From Tubulanus polymorphus (Eukaryota; Animalia; Nemertea), in contig NC_134030.1 in NCBI RefSeq assembly GCF_964204645.1, forward strand, positions 14,384,110-14,448,109: DNA of 64,000 nucleotides, read 5' to 3'. Below, one piece after another: positions 25,999-39,213 of this stretch (its first letter is position 1; each line of letters opens with the position of its first letter). The notes below the pieces were generated by a model. That model saw nothing but the letters and a program-made list of their open reading frames with translations, had not been told where the DNA came from and did no database searches. The translations under genes were made by a program, and so were the position numbers.

Positions 25999-27245
25999 TG
26001 ATCCACAGCTAGATTTTCGTAGTATTTGAAAATGTTTCGTAGTATTTAGAAATGTTCTTAATGTTGTTTCCGTATGCGTGGGGGTTACGTTAAAGCCGTC
26101 AGACAAGAACGTACTAGTAGTAAGAATTACGAAAGTTCTTGTTTGATGCTTTCATCTACCAACGCAAACCATAAATCAGTCTATAAACAACAATTCTTTC
26201 TCGGTTCTTCTGCTGTGAGATCTGGCAAACATTCAGAAAATCTTTATATAAAACTTTTAAATAGTTGGAACCATATTTGGTTGGGTCGGAACAATGGAGT
26301 GTATTTATAATGAGGCTCGTGAAGGGATCACGCTGATACTTGATGATATTCCCGGCTACTTTCCGTAAAAGGAAAAACCGGATGTTTAGGAAGATGTGGT
26401 TGTTTTGCTTATCCTGTATTAAAATAGAATTAGTTAAATTGTAGATAAAATAATTAGTATAAGTATTTCAAATAATTTAAGAATTGATAATCAATCACAA
26501 TGTATTCCGAATCGTAGTTAATTATAATAATTAAAAAAGAAACAATGAATTTGTACTGTAATTAGAAAAGAAAACAAAGTTTTGAAAAGATATTTAATTT
26601 GAGTAATCTAGATGTTGTTAAAGAACAAATTGTTAATAATCGCTAATGTTTTAGAAAAATTAATTTGTGTTAAATGTTAAAACTAGCTGTCTGAAGTTTC
26701 TGTTGTCTGTATGCGCTCGTTGGTAATTCACAGACAATAGCTGCTCTCTCAACAACGACTAGCAAGGAGTGAGTAAATCACAACGCGTCATGACAGGAGG
26801 GTTGGAAGGAAAAAGTTAGTTTAGCAAATCAGTTTTGAGATCAGCGAATCATTAAGGCCAAATTCTATATGACCAAAACAGTCATGACAGTAAGGTTGCT
26901 GCTCCTTGCCAAAAGTCGAGTGGGAGAGTATTTTAAGAATGCCGATTCTTTCTATAAAAGGGACCCGCATCTTGAGAGAGCAGTCACTCGAGAGAATCTG
27001 TACCTTAGTAAGACGAGTGTCGACAGCAGGACAGGAGAAGCTTCGGAACGATAGGGATTCATATACAATAGGGATTAGGAAAATCATTCTGTGTTCAAGG
27101 TAAATAAAATATATTATCTTCAATATTATCATCCGGTATTTCAATTTATACATTCGGATTTGTGCACGGACACGTTCTCTCGCCAGGGCCTTACTCAAGT
27201 ACTTTATAGATAACGATTAAAGAGAGGATTGTGACCGGCGTATCA
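25999..27245. mobile_element. Solo LTR, ~1.25 kb, 4-bp TSD (Gypsy-like), copy A
   Basis: TGAT...ATCA termini, TSD GTAT; removing it restores gag KPEETYGDLLVPVVLDKLP; near-identical to 52743-54003. Confidence 0.92.
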
Positions 27246-28007
27246 GTATGTTTCTTCTGGTTTACCCAGAGATCTTAAACCTCTTATGTAAGCCACAAAA
27301 CGGTCGTAAAAGTTACGTAATGATTGGTGGTTGGCGCTAGGTGGTTCAAGCTCCCACAGCGCGCGCATATATGCGCCGATGATAACACGAGGTTTACCGT
27401 GTCGATCTTTGAGTAATTCCAACGCGTGATAGTAGTTACCATCGGTGAGTGATAATCCGTTTATCACCTGAGCCGCTTCGTCCGTTGTTTGAGCCAGTAC
27501 GTATTGGAATTTCTGGACGTCAGTAAGGTTTTCGTCCATCCCAACTGCCGAATTAAAGGAATCGAAGAATTCCAACCAGTTCTGTATATTTCCATCAAAT
27601 TTCATTAAGGAGAGTTTTGGTAAGTTGACCGTTCGTCGCGAGTTACGGTCGCTGCGCGCAGACTGATCTGAGATCAAGCTGGTATCGTGTTGATCTGCAG
27701 CTAACCTTCTATCGATTTGTCTTTGTAGTACCCGGAAATTCTCTTTGATATCCGTTAGGTATTCGTCTGCGTCCGTAATAAATGTATCCAAGTCCGCCTC
27801 CTCGACGGTCAGTAGGAGTCTTTGATCTAGATCGGCGAGGATGTTAATTTTCTCCTTGTGCGTCTCCATGGCTGCGAGTAGCTGATCGCGATCGAATTCC
27901 GAGATCGCGTCGTTTCCAAGAATAGTTTGAATTTTAGAAATTGTTTTAGTCAAAAGTCCTCTGTTCGTCGTGCGGTTTTGCATCAAGCGTTTGTCCTGAG
28001 CTGCCAT

Positions 28008-28023
28008 CCTGGTCACCGCACCA
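28008..28023 (-). promoter_or_regulatory. Primer-binding site (tRNA-His-like) of BEL/Pao element 2
   Basis: TGGTGCGGTGACCAGG on the minus strand, just inside the LTR; resembles the complement of the tRNA-His 3' end. Confidence 0.7.
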
Positions 28024-28027
28024 AAAA

Positions 28028-28188
28028 TGTGGTAAAGATTCCACTAGAACAGGATCGAGAACAGCTGAGAAGAATTCCGTGTGTACAGTATGAGAAACTT
28101 TATTACAGTGCCAAGTGGCGGGAAAGGGGGCTGCATGCAGTGTTACATATAGGTCATATTGATTGACAGTTCAGTAGTACCAATAACA
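28028..28188 (-). repeat. 5' LTR of BEL/Pao element 2 (~161 bp)
   Basis: TGT...ACA termini, AATAAA on the minus strand, adjacent PBS. Confidence 0.7.
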
Positions 28189-28361
28189 TCGTTGTTTCCG
28201 ACAATCTCATCAAATTTATTTCGGTTCGTTATCGGTGGTCACCTACTGTTGTAAGGGGAAACATATTATTTATCTATATTTGTTTACTTTTTCTTTACCT
28301 ACTGTTGTAAGGTATTTTGAATTTGTATGTTTTTTGCCATGGCGGCTTATAAAAATTAGAT

Positions 28362-29036
28362 TTGCTTGACATTGGGTCTGAAATTACGGTCGCCAATGAG
28401 GATGAGTCAGCTTGTTCTGCTGGTCTCGTGGCTGACGAAATGTCGGTTCAACAGGCTATTGATGAAGGACGGAGTCAGTCTTTCCTCCTTCTGTCTGACT
28501 ATTATGAGTCTTCGAATAAGGACACTCGAGCTGCAAGTGTTGATAAAAAAGATAAGGACAAAGCAACTAAATTGAAAGCAATTCCTAAAATTTCTCGTCG
28601 AGTTGTTACGTCAAATAGCTCAAGTTCATCCCAGCCAGAGACTTTATCTGAAAGTCATGTCGATCCTGTTTTGACAGAGTTTTTAAAGATGAAGAAAAGA
28701 CTTGACTTCATGACCTGTATTATGTCAGAGATGGAGGGTCTTAAAAATGTCGGACCCCCAATAAAAAATCAACAGTTAGCACAAGCCGTTGATAAACTGA
28801 TTACAGGGTTTAGTGGAGAAAATTCTGATATTAAGAAGGATTATGCTTGCCCTGAAAATATCACGAGTTTGGCCGTCACTAAAGTAAATCAGCCAATTTG
28901 GCCTAAGTTAAATAAAGAGTCAGCCGCTTTCGATTTTAAGTGCCAGAAGATTCAGAATTATAACCTAAGAGGTATAACTGCGGTTTGTGGTTTGTCAGTA
29001 TGTATTGTTGATTTCAGGGTTGATGTACATTCATAA
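28362..29036 (+). pseudogene. DIRS-type (tyrosine-recombinase retrotransposon) gag-like remnant
   Basis: Y.CPEN...L.V.KVNQPIW..L.......D..CQKIQ pattern typical of DIRS ORF1; no RT or YR downstream. Confidence 0.6.
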
Positions 29037-30859
29037 ATAAAGTGGTTTAATGGTGAAATTCACATAGAATACCACATCTTTGTTTTGTTCTTGTGGAGTT
29101 CAGAAAAAAATGAAACATATAATCAGGCTTTTAAAGAGAAAAAGTTTTTTTAAGTGATAAGAAAAAAACTAAAGGAAAACATAAAAAGAGAATAAGAACA
29201 CATTTACGAGAAGAAATATCATACGACCGTACGCACGTGCGTATGTTTATTGTAAATATTTACATTGCCGACATGCCTTGGAATCGGTTTCGGTGACAGT
29301 TTCTGAGTCATCGACGATCTCGAATGGGATCTACCAACAACCCATTAGAACAGGTCAAGTGACTCTTTCAGACGCGAGCTCCACACGACCTTGAAAATCA
29401 TCGATGATGTCATCAGGACTCATGACGCCATGACACCTCGGACCCACGTCTAGAAAATAGATCTAACCATATCTTTAGACTGGTTGCCGGTCTCTAACTC
29501 GTTGCCGGTTTGACTATATCGTATCACTCACAACCACCTTTTGATTGCTAAGTCTAGTTCCTATCCATCGATTCCGCTGCCCTCTTTATTACTCTGAATA
29601 CCAGTCGTTGTTGCCGGTTACCTACAACGTCTCACGCTAAAGTATCATATAGAGGTTAACTCCTGTTAATTGCAATGCAACAACTGATTTTAGTGTCATA
29701 TCAAACCTTTGTATTAAAATTAATAAATTAGTTACCGTACCTTGTTGAAACGTATAACGTGTTTTTTAATAATATTTTTTGATGATTTGAATCGCGAACC
29801 GAAGAATTTATTTATTTGATTTGAATTGATTGCCACAATCCGGATTTCCAATACGGACTAAATTAATAAAATGTGAAAATTCAGTATGTCTCTCTAAAAT
29901 TACTCTAAATGTTATTTTTTGTTGATAAAACGCATAAATTTTGGTCAATTTTAACCTTTAGATTGGTTGCCTGTCCCATTCAATATGGGACTATGGGACA
30001 GGTTTTGCCCGTCCGCCATCTTCCGCGGATTTTACGGATCCAATCAGATTTCAGTATTTCATCACGTGAACAATGTAACATGGCCGCCTACACAGTGTCT
30101 CAATTTACGTTCCATGGACCTCTTTAAAGTAATTTTTTATACCAATGAAGAAAGAAATTCCGTTAAAACTGCCAGGTAACGCTTCTGCAGGCACTTGTTC
30201 AGCGTGTGGTACCGAAAATATCGGTATTCAATTGAGGATGGCTGCGTGACAGCGCCGTCGAAACCTACCGGTCGTCAATCAGCAATTTGGACTGGTGGAT
30301 GGAAACAACAATGCATACACTACTACTATACCACTACTGACATACTGAACGTTACAGCAGAGGCTTGTTTGTTCACTCGAGGCGATTGATTGATTGTTCT
30401 TAATGTGATATTGGACATCAGCAGTTGATCCAATGAAAATAATGACATCAACAAGGTAACTTCACCTACTTACTTAACAAGGTAACTTCACCTACTTACT
30501 TCGTAAAAATGTGAACATTGAATATTCTATTTCACAAACACTATTGATTATCTATTGTAGATTATTGTGAGCGTTTTAGTGATGATTTTGTGAGTCACAA
30601 CTCGTAGGATGTTTTAAGAAATTGAAGTAATGCATATTAAATTAGCTCAACATGAAAATAATAGATTGCAATGCATCAAGGTAAGTTTGAAAAATGCATT
30701 CTGAACCATTAATTGTAAAGTCAATCCAGGTTTAATTGTAAGTGTGATATGTATTTTGATTTCAGAATGATAACATCATGCAGTAATCAAAGAGAATAAA
30801 GAATCAGCACTAGCTGTCATGAAATGAGATTCCAAATAACAGGCGGTGAAACTCCTTGA

Positions 30860-31470
30860 TTCTGATAAACTCATCATCATCAGTTACATCAGCAAGCGCC
30901 GCTGCGCCAAGATGTTGTGTACTTCATTTCTCCACTGCTCACGATCTGATAATCTGATGAGGTTTAAAGAGCTGGATTCTGTGAATAACTGCACTAGCGA
31001 GCCTTCAATTTGGATTGTGATTGGATTATCTGTCTGGTCGAGACTTGGTCTTTATGATTCTAAAGACACTATCATTCAAATCAGGGATATCAGGATCGTC
31101 CCAATTTGTCCATAAAAAAAAAACTTCTGTTCTATGTCATGAAATACATAGTGTCATTGCTTATTCTCTTGTCAATTGCTTATTCTCTTGTCAGGGGCTG
31201 AACAAGATTTCGTACCAGAAGTGAACAATAAATATCGAATTCAGTGAAAAAGAATTGGTCGTGATGAATTTTATAATCGATTTCTAGCAAAGTCAACATT
31301 GACATTGTGTGGTCCATGAGTAGAGAGGATATTGCGAATTTCCAGTGTGATCTCAGTAACTTGTCTTGACCAAGTCTCTTAATTTGACTGTCCCAACTTG
31401 CTGTCTGTATCAGCAAATCAGTAGACTGAGGTGGATCCAAATATCTGATCTCAAAAAGCGCTAAGGAGTT
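30860..31470 (-). pseudogene. Highly degraded non-LTR (RTE-like) ORF2 3' fragment
   Basis: Frameshifted pieces resembling YLGS near 31440 and a terminal ...DREQWR near 30930; weak. Confidence 0.3.
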
Positions 31471-32571
31471 CAACGATTGTAAACTTTATTCAGTCAACTG
31501 TATTAAAACATCAATTCACTAAATACATCTCAGAAAGGATGTCCCCTGTTCCTTCAGAATGTTCTGTATTCGGTGACGGTCGCGGCAGAGCTCACCGCGC
31601 ATTAGATTTCGATCCTTGTTAGTTTGTATGGCGAGTACTAGGTAAATTATCAGCGGATTTATCTGATACTTACGCAATTAATGTCTTTCTGTCCATTGTA
31701 AAGGATAATTTTGATATCGCTCGAAGCTAAGCAAATTCGAAGAGACGCCATCTTAACCAGGAAGTAACTTGCTACTTTACATGTTTGACCTTATTTGATA
31801 TGGATCGAAAATGTAAAATAGAGGATGGGCACAACCGGTCTCTAATTGAAGATAGAGACCGGTAACCAGTCTATTTTAACCTTAAGAATTTGAAACAAAT
31901 ATAATATCTACATTGGCGTTAAATGTCAGTCCAAGTTCAAGTCCGATTCCGTAATTTCCACTCCCATCATGCACCACGAAAAGCCGCCATATTTTTCATG
32001 TTGCTTCACTTCAACTAGTTTTTTTGAGGCGACTAGTCAAAAGTTTTGAGCTACTACGATCGTAGATGAATCTAAATGCTTCAAGTGTTTAGAGTTCTTG
32101 TAACCAACCCCACACCTCCCCTACTCCGTCTGACCTGTCTGTGGTACAAAACCTATCATTCAAAAAACTAACAGTAAATTCTGCCCCAGCCGTTTTTAGG
32201 CCCCTCCTCGTTCGATCTTTGAACTTTCTATACTGACCACGCCACCCGTAAGTTTATTTAAAAAGCTCCTCCATTCAACCAACGAATTGTATGATATTAT
32301 CCTTAAATTGAGGGACGATTAATTGAAAATTGCCGAGATTTTGCATTACTGTTTGACATTATTTTTTGATATCTCTCACATACATTTTCTTAAGAGAGTC
32401 CCTGTCAGAATAGTACGTACATTTTACTTTGACCCCTCCCCGTACAAAGTTTTACATTACCGTATTTGTTTACCCTTCCCCAAAAACCGTATGTACTATT
32501 TGAAAGCTCTCTTATAACATTTACCACGAACGCATGCATCGGCAGCCCCCAGAGCCATTCCGAGAGGCTCC

Positions 32572-32629
32572 GTTGAAAGGTCGAAAAATAAATTCTCGCA
32601 CACTCGAATTTATTTTTCGACCTTTCAAC
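32572..32629. repeat. Terminal fold-back hairpin of copy 1 (24-bp perfect stem, 10-nt loop)
   Basis: GTTGAAAGGTCGAAAAATAAATTC-TCGCACACTC-GAATTTATTTTTCGACCTTTCAAC. Confidence 0.95.
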
Positions 32630-32721
32630 CTTTGATACGAAACAACATATTCCCTATTACTCTTAAAATATAAAAATGAATAACTTCTAAAATCAATTTT
32701 AATAAAAAATTTGATATTAAA

Positions 32722-33050
32722 ATGGAGAGTAAACAAATACACAGTGAGAACAACAAATCATATCTAGATAGAATAAAAGATACTACAAATGTCAAATCAG
32801 TAGATTATAAATTTAAGAAGTTAACAGAATTAACAATTCATAAGAAATATTTAATTACAAATATTAATACAGTTACTACCAAATATGGAGATAAATAAGT
32901 TATCCACTTAGAATATGAAGGATTAAAAGGAAATAAATATAAATTCAGAACATATTTACCAGATAGATTTCATAGATTATCAAGTGAAGATTTTGAAGAA
33001 TTATGTTCTGGTGATTTCTATTTCATATATAAGGGTAAGAATGAAAAATT
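32722..33050 (+). pseudogene. Disrupted paralogue of the 117-aa gene at 61886 (not in the ORF track)
   Basis: MESKQIHSENNKSYLDRIKD...FRTYLPDRFHRLSSED.EELCSGDFYFIYKGKNE, with an in-frame TAA near 32896 and a truncated end. Confidence 0.9.
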
Positions 33051-33060
33051 GGATATTAAA

Positions 33061-36000
33061 ATGGAAGCAAATAAGTACTACTGTTCAACATGTAAAGTTG
33101 ATATAGATAAATCTCAAAAAGCAAGACATAATAAAACTAAAACACATTTAGAGAATAAATTAAAGTTAAAATATAAAGATGATATATTAGAAACTAAATT
33201 AGATGAATTGAAGAATGAAAAAGAAACATACAAATGTGATACATGTAATCAATCATTCAGTGATAAAAGATATTATAAAGAACATTTAAAATCTAAAAGG
33301 CATATTAGAAATATGAATAATGATATTTTAGGTGAAGATTATTTTGATAATGATAATAATAAACCGAAGACAATTATAAGAATAAAAGATACTCTAAATA
33401 ATAAGAAATCATATATGGAAAATGTTAGAAATTATATTTATTCATTAGATAATAAAAAAAGAAATATAAATAACCGAAGCATTTGAAAGTGATATTGGAC
33501 CAGCTGCTATTGAATTTAAATTTCATAAAGGCAAAACATTAGAAGAAAATAAAAAACATTTAGAAAATATGAAAAATATTATAAGAATAATTACAGACGT
33601 AGAATACCCTAAGTTTAGTATATCGGCTAAAGTTAAATTTCTAAAATCTGAAGATAAACCAATATATAATATAAATTCTCATTCACAACATATCATTTCA
33701 AACCAGCATATAGATGATAAATTAGGTAAATGTTATAATGAAATGAAAAATAAGATAGAAGAGAAATATTTTGAAGGATCAGGTTTAATATTTGATGAAA
33801 TAATATTTACGACTTTACATGTATACAATACAAAATATAATAAGTTAACTAAATCAAAACCAATAGATGAAAATAATTAATCATATTATAAAGATGATAA
33901 TATAAATGGAACAAGTTATATCAAATTACCATTTAAAACTAATGCTGTTATAAATGTACAAAATTCTGATGATAAATGTTTTCTATGGACAATTATAAGT
34001 TGCTTACATCCAACAGAAGATATTACACATAGTTTTAGATTATCAAATTATATACAATTTGAAAATAATTATAGGATAGATAATTATCCTGTTAGAATTA
34101 AAAATATCCCAAAAATAGAGAGATAATAATATAAAGATAAATGTGTTTGATTTAGTGAAATTACCAAAAACAAAAGGTAATAATATTAAACATTTTACAT
34201 TAGAGCCTTTATACCTAACAAAAGATTATGATTCAAATGATGTTATAGATATAATATATTATGAGAATCATTATATGTGGATTAAAAGAATTGATTTATT
34301 TTTCAAATCAGAAAATGATTTTGATAATAAAATATATCTATGTAGAAAATTTATAACTAAATTCAGAACCGAAAGTGCATTATCAAATCAAAAACAATTA
34401 TGTGAAAATCATGATTATTGTAAAATAGCTTTACCAAATGAAAAGGATAAAGTATTAGAATTCGAAAATATGATTTCAAGAATAAAGTACCATCTGTAAT
34501 ATATGGAGATTTTGAATCACTCAATAAAGAATTAACTGATCAAGATAGAAAAGAAATATATTATAAAAGAAAGAAATTAAATTCTGAAAATGATATAATT
34601 GATTATTCAGATCCTCTAATAACAAATACAATTAAAAAGATTCATCAATCAGCTGCAGCTTTCGGGTTATATATTAAATCTGATTATCCAGAACTAATCA
34701 AAAGTGAATATTATAATTATAGAAATGAAAATGTAATCAATCATTTTTGTGACTTATTAATTGAGTATGAAATCAAATTTAGTAAACTATTAGATACAAA
34801 TAAAGAAATAGTTATGACAGAAGAAGATAAAGAAGAATTTGAGTTTGCTGATAAAAGTTATTATTGTGAAAAGATATATAATCTTAAAGATAAAAAAGTT
34901 AGAGACCATGATCATTTGAATGGAAAGTTTAGAGGTGCAGCACTTGAGAATTGTAACTTACAAGCTAAGAAAATTAACTTTGTTCCAGTAATATTTCATA
35001 ATTTATCAGGGTATGATGCTCATTTATTTATCAAACAGCCATGCCAAAAAATATAAGAGATCAATAATGAAATAGTAAGAGTAAATTTAATTAGATCAAA
35101 GGATAAAATACCAACATATAAATTTAAGATGTTAGCTAAAACATCTGAGAATTATATATTTTTCCAATTTGGGTGTCTAAGATTTATAGATTCATATAGA
35201 TTTTTAAGTTGTTCATTAGATAATTTATCAAAATCATTAGTTGATGATGAATTAAAACTATTAAAACAACACTATCCAAATAATTATGATTTTCAATTAA
35301 TGAGATATAAGGGAACAATTCCATATTCATTTTATAAATCGCATAATGATTTTAACAATAATGAATTATTAAAAGAACAATTCTATGATGAATTAAAAAA
35401 TGAATATGTTAAAGATGAAGTCTATGATAGAACATTGAATATTTGGAATCATTTTAGAATGAAAAATCATGGAGAATTAGTAGATTTATATCTAAAATCA
35501 CTTGCGTTATTATTAACTGATATATTCGAAAGGTTTAGAGATGTAAATCTAAAATATTTTAATATTGATCCATGTCATTGTTATTCTAGTCCAGGATTAA
35601 CTTGGGACTGTGGTTTAAAATTTACAGATATAAAAATGGATTTGTTAACAAATATAGATCAATTATTATTATTTGAAAAATCTATAAGAGGAGGCGTTTC
35701 AGGTGTATTAGGCGATTGATATGTCAATGTAAATGATAACCCTGGTTATAAGTTATTATATATAGATGCAAATAATCTATATGGTTGGGCAATGATGGAA
35801 CCTCAACCTTATGGAGTATTTGAAATAACTGAAGTTTTACAACATGAAAATAATGATAAATTTGATTGGAAGAAAAGAATTTTAGATATTGCAGATGATT
35901 CAGATACTGGTTACTTCTTTGTTGTAGATTTAGAATATCCTGAAGATAAAAAAATTTAAATCTAGAAATCTAGCTTACTGTCCCAAACATAAAACTGTAA

Positions 36001-37057
36001 CACATGAAGAATTATCAAATTATCAAAAAAGAATTAAACCTGAAAATCATATTCATACAGAAAAGTTAATGGTAACTCGGGAAGATAAATATAATTACGT
36101 AGTACATTATAGAATGTTAAAATTCTATTTGAATCAAGGAATGGTTCTAAAAAAGTACATAGATATATTTCATTCAGTCAATCTAAATGGTTAGAAAAAT
36201 ATATAGATTTTAAGACCAAACAGAGAACTAAAGCTTAAACTGATTTCGAGAAAGATTTCTTCAAGTTAATGAATAATGCATTCTATGGTAAGACTTGTGA
36301 AAATATTAGAAATAGAAATGATATTGAGTTAGTTAGTAATGGTAAAAGAATTAGACATTTACAAACATATCCAAAATTTATTGGTTACAGAATATTTGAT
36401 GAAAATTTTGCAGCTGTAAAAATGAAAAGAACTTCTATCGAATTTAATAAACCAATTTATGGTGGTGCTTCAGTTTTAGAAATATCAAAATTATTAATGT
36501 ATGAATTTTACTATAACGTATTACAACCTCATTTTGGAGAAAAGCATATAGAAATCTTATATTTTGATACCGACAGTTACATATTAAAGATAAAAACTAA
36601 TAATATCACAGATGATTTGAAAACATTAAAACATCATTTTGATTCCAGTAACTATCCAAAAGCTCATGAATTGTTTAACAATGATAATAAAAAGGTGCCA
36701 GGGAAGTTTAAGGATGAATTAGGAGGTGAAGAAATGATAGAGTTCATTGGAATTCGATCTAAAATGTATAGTTATAAAACCAAAACTCATGAATCAAAGA
36801 AATTGAAAGGAATTATCAAAAGCGTAGTAGAAAAGAATATTCATTTCAAAGATTACGTCAATTGTATATTCAATGAAGAAGTTAGAAAACACAAGATGAA
36901 ATGTTTAAGATCTGAGTACCACGAGATGTTTATTGAAGAAATTGAAAAGGTAAGTCTAAATCCATTTGCTTATGGCTGCAATTTAGAAGAATACTTAAAA
37001 TTTAAAAGAGAAGAAACAAAAGAAAAGGAAATAATGAACAGGATTATAACGTGTTAA
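33061..37057 (+). pseudogene. Family-B DNA polymerase, protein-primed type, with N-terminal C2H2 fingers and an endonuclease VII-like insert (frameshifted)
   Basis: VIYGDFES, RDHDHLNGKFRGAA..NCN, IFHNLSGYDAH, RFIDSYRFL, YIDANNLYGWAM, KLMNNAFYGKT, YFDTDS. Confidence 0.93.
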
Positions 37058-37086
37058 TCAAATTTTAATAAAAATATGTATCATAA

Positions 37087-37727
37087 ATGGAAAGTACACA
37101 AGCACAAATTATCAATATTACAAACAATAATAATGGTGTTATAAATATATATCAGAAGACATGTTGCAAATGTAAAATAAGTAAGCCATTTACAGATTAT
37201 TATAAACGTAAGATTGGTAAAGATGGTTTACATCATAATTGCAAAAGCTGTTATAATCAGAATAATCAACAATATTATAGAGATAATATTGAAGCACGCA
37301 ACGATAAAATCAAGCAATGGAAGGAAAATAATCCAGAACGCGTTAAAGCGTATCAAAATAGATATCATAAAGAAAGATATCAAACAGATTTTAATTTTAA
37401 AATGAAACAATGTCTAAGTAATAGATTAACAAAATTATTCAGTAAACAAGCGCATTCAGTTACACTCTCTAATTTATTGGGGTGTTCAGATGAATTTCTC
37501 AAATCATGGAATGTATATCAATTCGACGATAAAATGAATGAAAAAAACTATGGTGAATACTTTCATATTGATCATGTGTTGCCGATTTCTAAATTCAACA
37601 TGAATGATGAACACAATCAGAAGTTGATATGGAGCTGGAGAAATTTAAGGCCTCTTGAAAAGAAGGAAAATATAATTAAATCAAATAAACTAGATTTTCA
37701 GTTATATTTGGATCAGCTGTGTAAAGC
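37087..37727 (+). CDS. HNH-type (homing-like) endonuclease with N-terminal CxxC...CxxC; the ORF then reads on into a LINE fragment to 37872
   Basis: KTCCKC...CKSC; LLGCS.EFL; NYGEYFHIDHVLPISKF...WRNLRPLEKKENIIKSNK, as in HNH nucleases of large DNA viruses. Confidence 0.75.
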
Positions 37728-38136
37728 TTATTTCAGAACTGTAACTAGAAAATCTTCTGTCAAAATATCCGGTCCCCTATTATGGAATACTCTATCTGAA
37801 TCAATTCAAACTATTCAAAGCGAACCTGCCTTTAAGCGTACCTACATGAAATCATTATTCAACACTTTGTAAATTTTCATTCTATACAAACCTATGTTAA
37901 TGTGTAATATGTGAAACTTTTTTTCTTTTCTTTTCGCCTGTTAATTACTTGTGTGCATGATGTGTGAGTGTGATGAATGTTGTGTGGATGCTTCTGGGTG
38001 ATACGGCTAAGATAGACTGTTTCAGTCTCTCCGTGTAGCCCCATTATCCTGTTACATTTTTTTCGTCTAATCATACTTATTATATCGTTCAATAATGTAA
38101 CATCGTAATGAAAATAAATTTCAATTTCAATTTCAA
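37728..38136 (+). mobile_element. 5'-truncated CR1/L2-group LINE (ORF2 C-terminus and 3' UTR)
   Basis: GPLLWNTLSESI...S..AFKR motif; AATAAA followed by a (TTTCAA)n tail. Confidence 0.75.
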
Positions 38137-38693
38137 CTTCATGTGTTTGACATTGGAATCAACATCATACCCATTTGAACTGTAAAATATTCATACAACA
38201 TGAAAACCTACAGTACATGTATACAGTAATCAAACTTTCACCGATGTTGGATATTTGAATGAACATTAGGCTTATTTCAGTATTCTAAAGCAGGAAATAA
38301 TAAGCCCAATCAATAGGCCCTATTCCCATTGGTATAATGCGTACAGCTGTACCGTACACTTATACCAAACCTACGTACAGCAAAATGTACAGGCCTACAA
38401 CGATTTCTGGTATACAAGCCGTGACCACATGAACGTTTTGGATCTAGGTTTGACTATTAATGTCAGCAGGTCAGAGAAGGCCTGAGTAAAATGTAATTGC
38501 ATGGCTCAAATCAATTAGCCTTTCTGCGTGTGAATACTTCACTGAATTGTTTTAATATTATCGAGTGAATAGTGCATAGACTAAGACTTTAGGTTAGTCC
38601 TGACCAAATCCTATCCATATGATAATGGCACCCGTTATACAAACATCATTGTAGGGTTATCGTACTCGCTTAATACTTAAAACGCTGTTGTTT

Positions 38694-38988
38694 CCCGTAC
38701 GTGACCGTATACGGTGATTTCCACATAGCCGTACGTTTACGCACCGACTTGGAATATTGGGATTCGAATCCAAACACATAAAAGATCCAGCAGAACTCTA
38801 GTGATTTACCCACTGAGTAACAGAACGTAACTGCAGGGTGGATGAAAGTTGATTTACAAATAGCCTCACCTAACCCAGACCCTATTCTTTCACGCATGCG
38901 CGTACATAGATTATAGGAAGTCACAGCGTTTGTAGGGTACTCAGCCGTACGGTCAACCTATGGAGATCGCCGTACAGTCACGTACGGG
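38694..38988. mobile_element. MITE
   Basis: Imperfect TIRs CCCGTACGTGACCGTATACGGTGATTTCCA / TGGAGATCGCCGTACAGTCACGTACGGG. Confidence 0.75.
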
Positions 38989-39213
38989 TAAGAACTTCGT
39001 ACTCAAAATGGTATTGGTTACTAATAGGCCTAGAGAAAAATAAATACCGTAGGCTTTCTTATCTTCCCACACTTCACAACCGAACCGACTGACCAACCAG
39101 TATATTTTAGCCCCAGTACACACCAACCGGCAACGGCCTCATCACTTTTTGTCAACTGTGTGTTCCGTAGGCTATCGATAATCACCTGATACTTTTCTGT
39201 CGTTTCTTTTCTT

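Larger units (their letters stand above)
22676..28007 (-). pseudogene. BEL/Pao element 2 gag-pol, degraded, with two nested solo LTRs; integrase core missing
   Basis: LPKLSLMKFDGN..W..F, LTDVQKFQY (gag); CFNCLGSH..C..C..CQRKHHSSLC; HYLPHRGV, RIVFDCS, ADIEKAFLQI, IYVDNVV (RT); FGDSSKEAYG, AKTRVAP, WSDSQIVL, CPTKDNPAD (RNase H); RVGGRLQNA. Confidence 0.95.
32572..37727 (+). mobile_element. Polinton/adintovirus-like pPolB element, copy 1 (right part lost)
   Basis: Terminal hairpin, small gene, pPolB pseudogene, HNH gene; very AT-rich, intronless; homologous to 57288-64000. Confidence 0.88.

Noticed and set aside
26074-27198. ORFs within the solo LTR (also 52817-53956)
   Set aside because: No recognisable domain, and frames differ between the two copies apart from one short ORF
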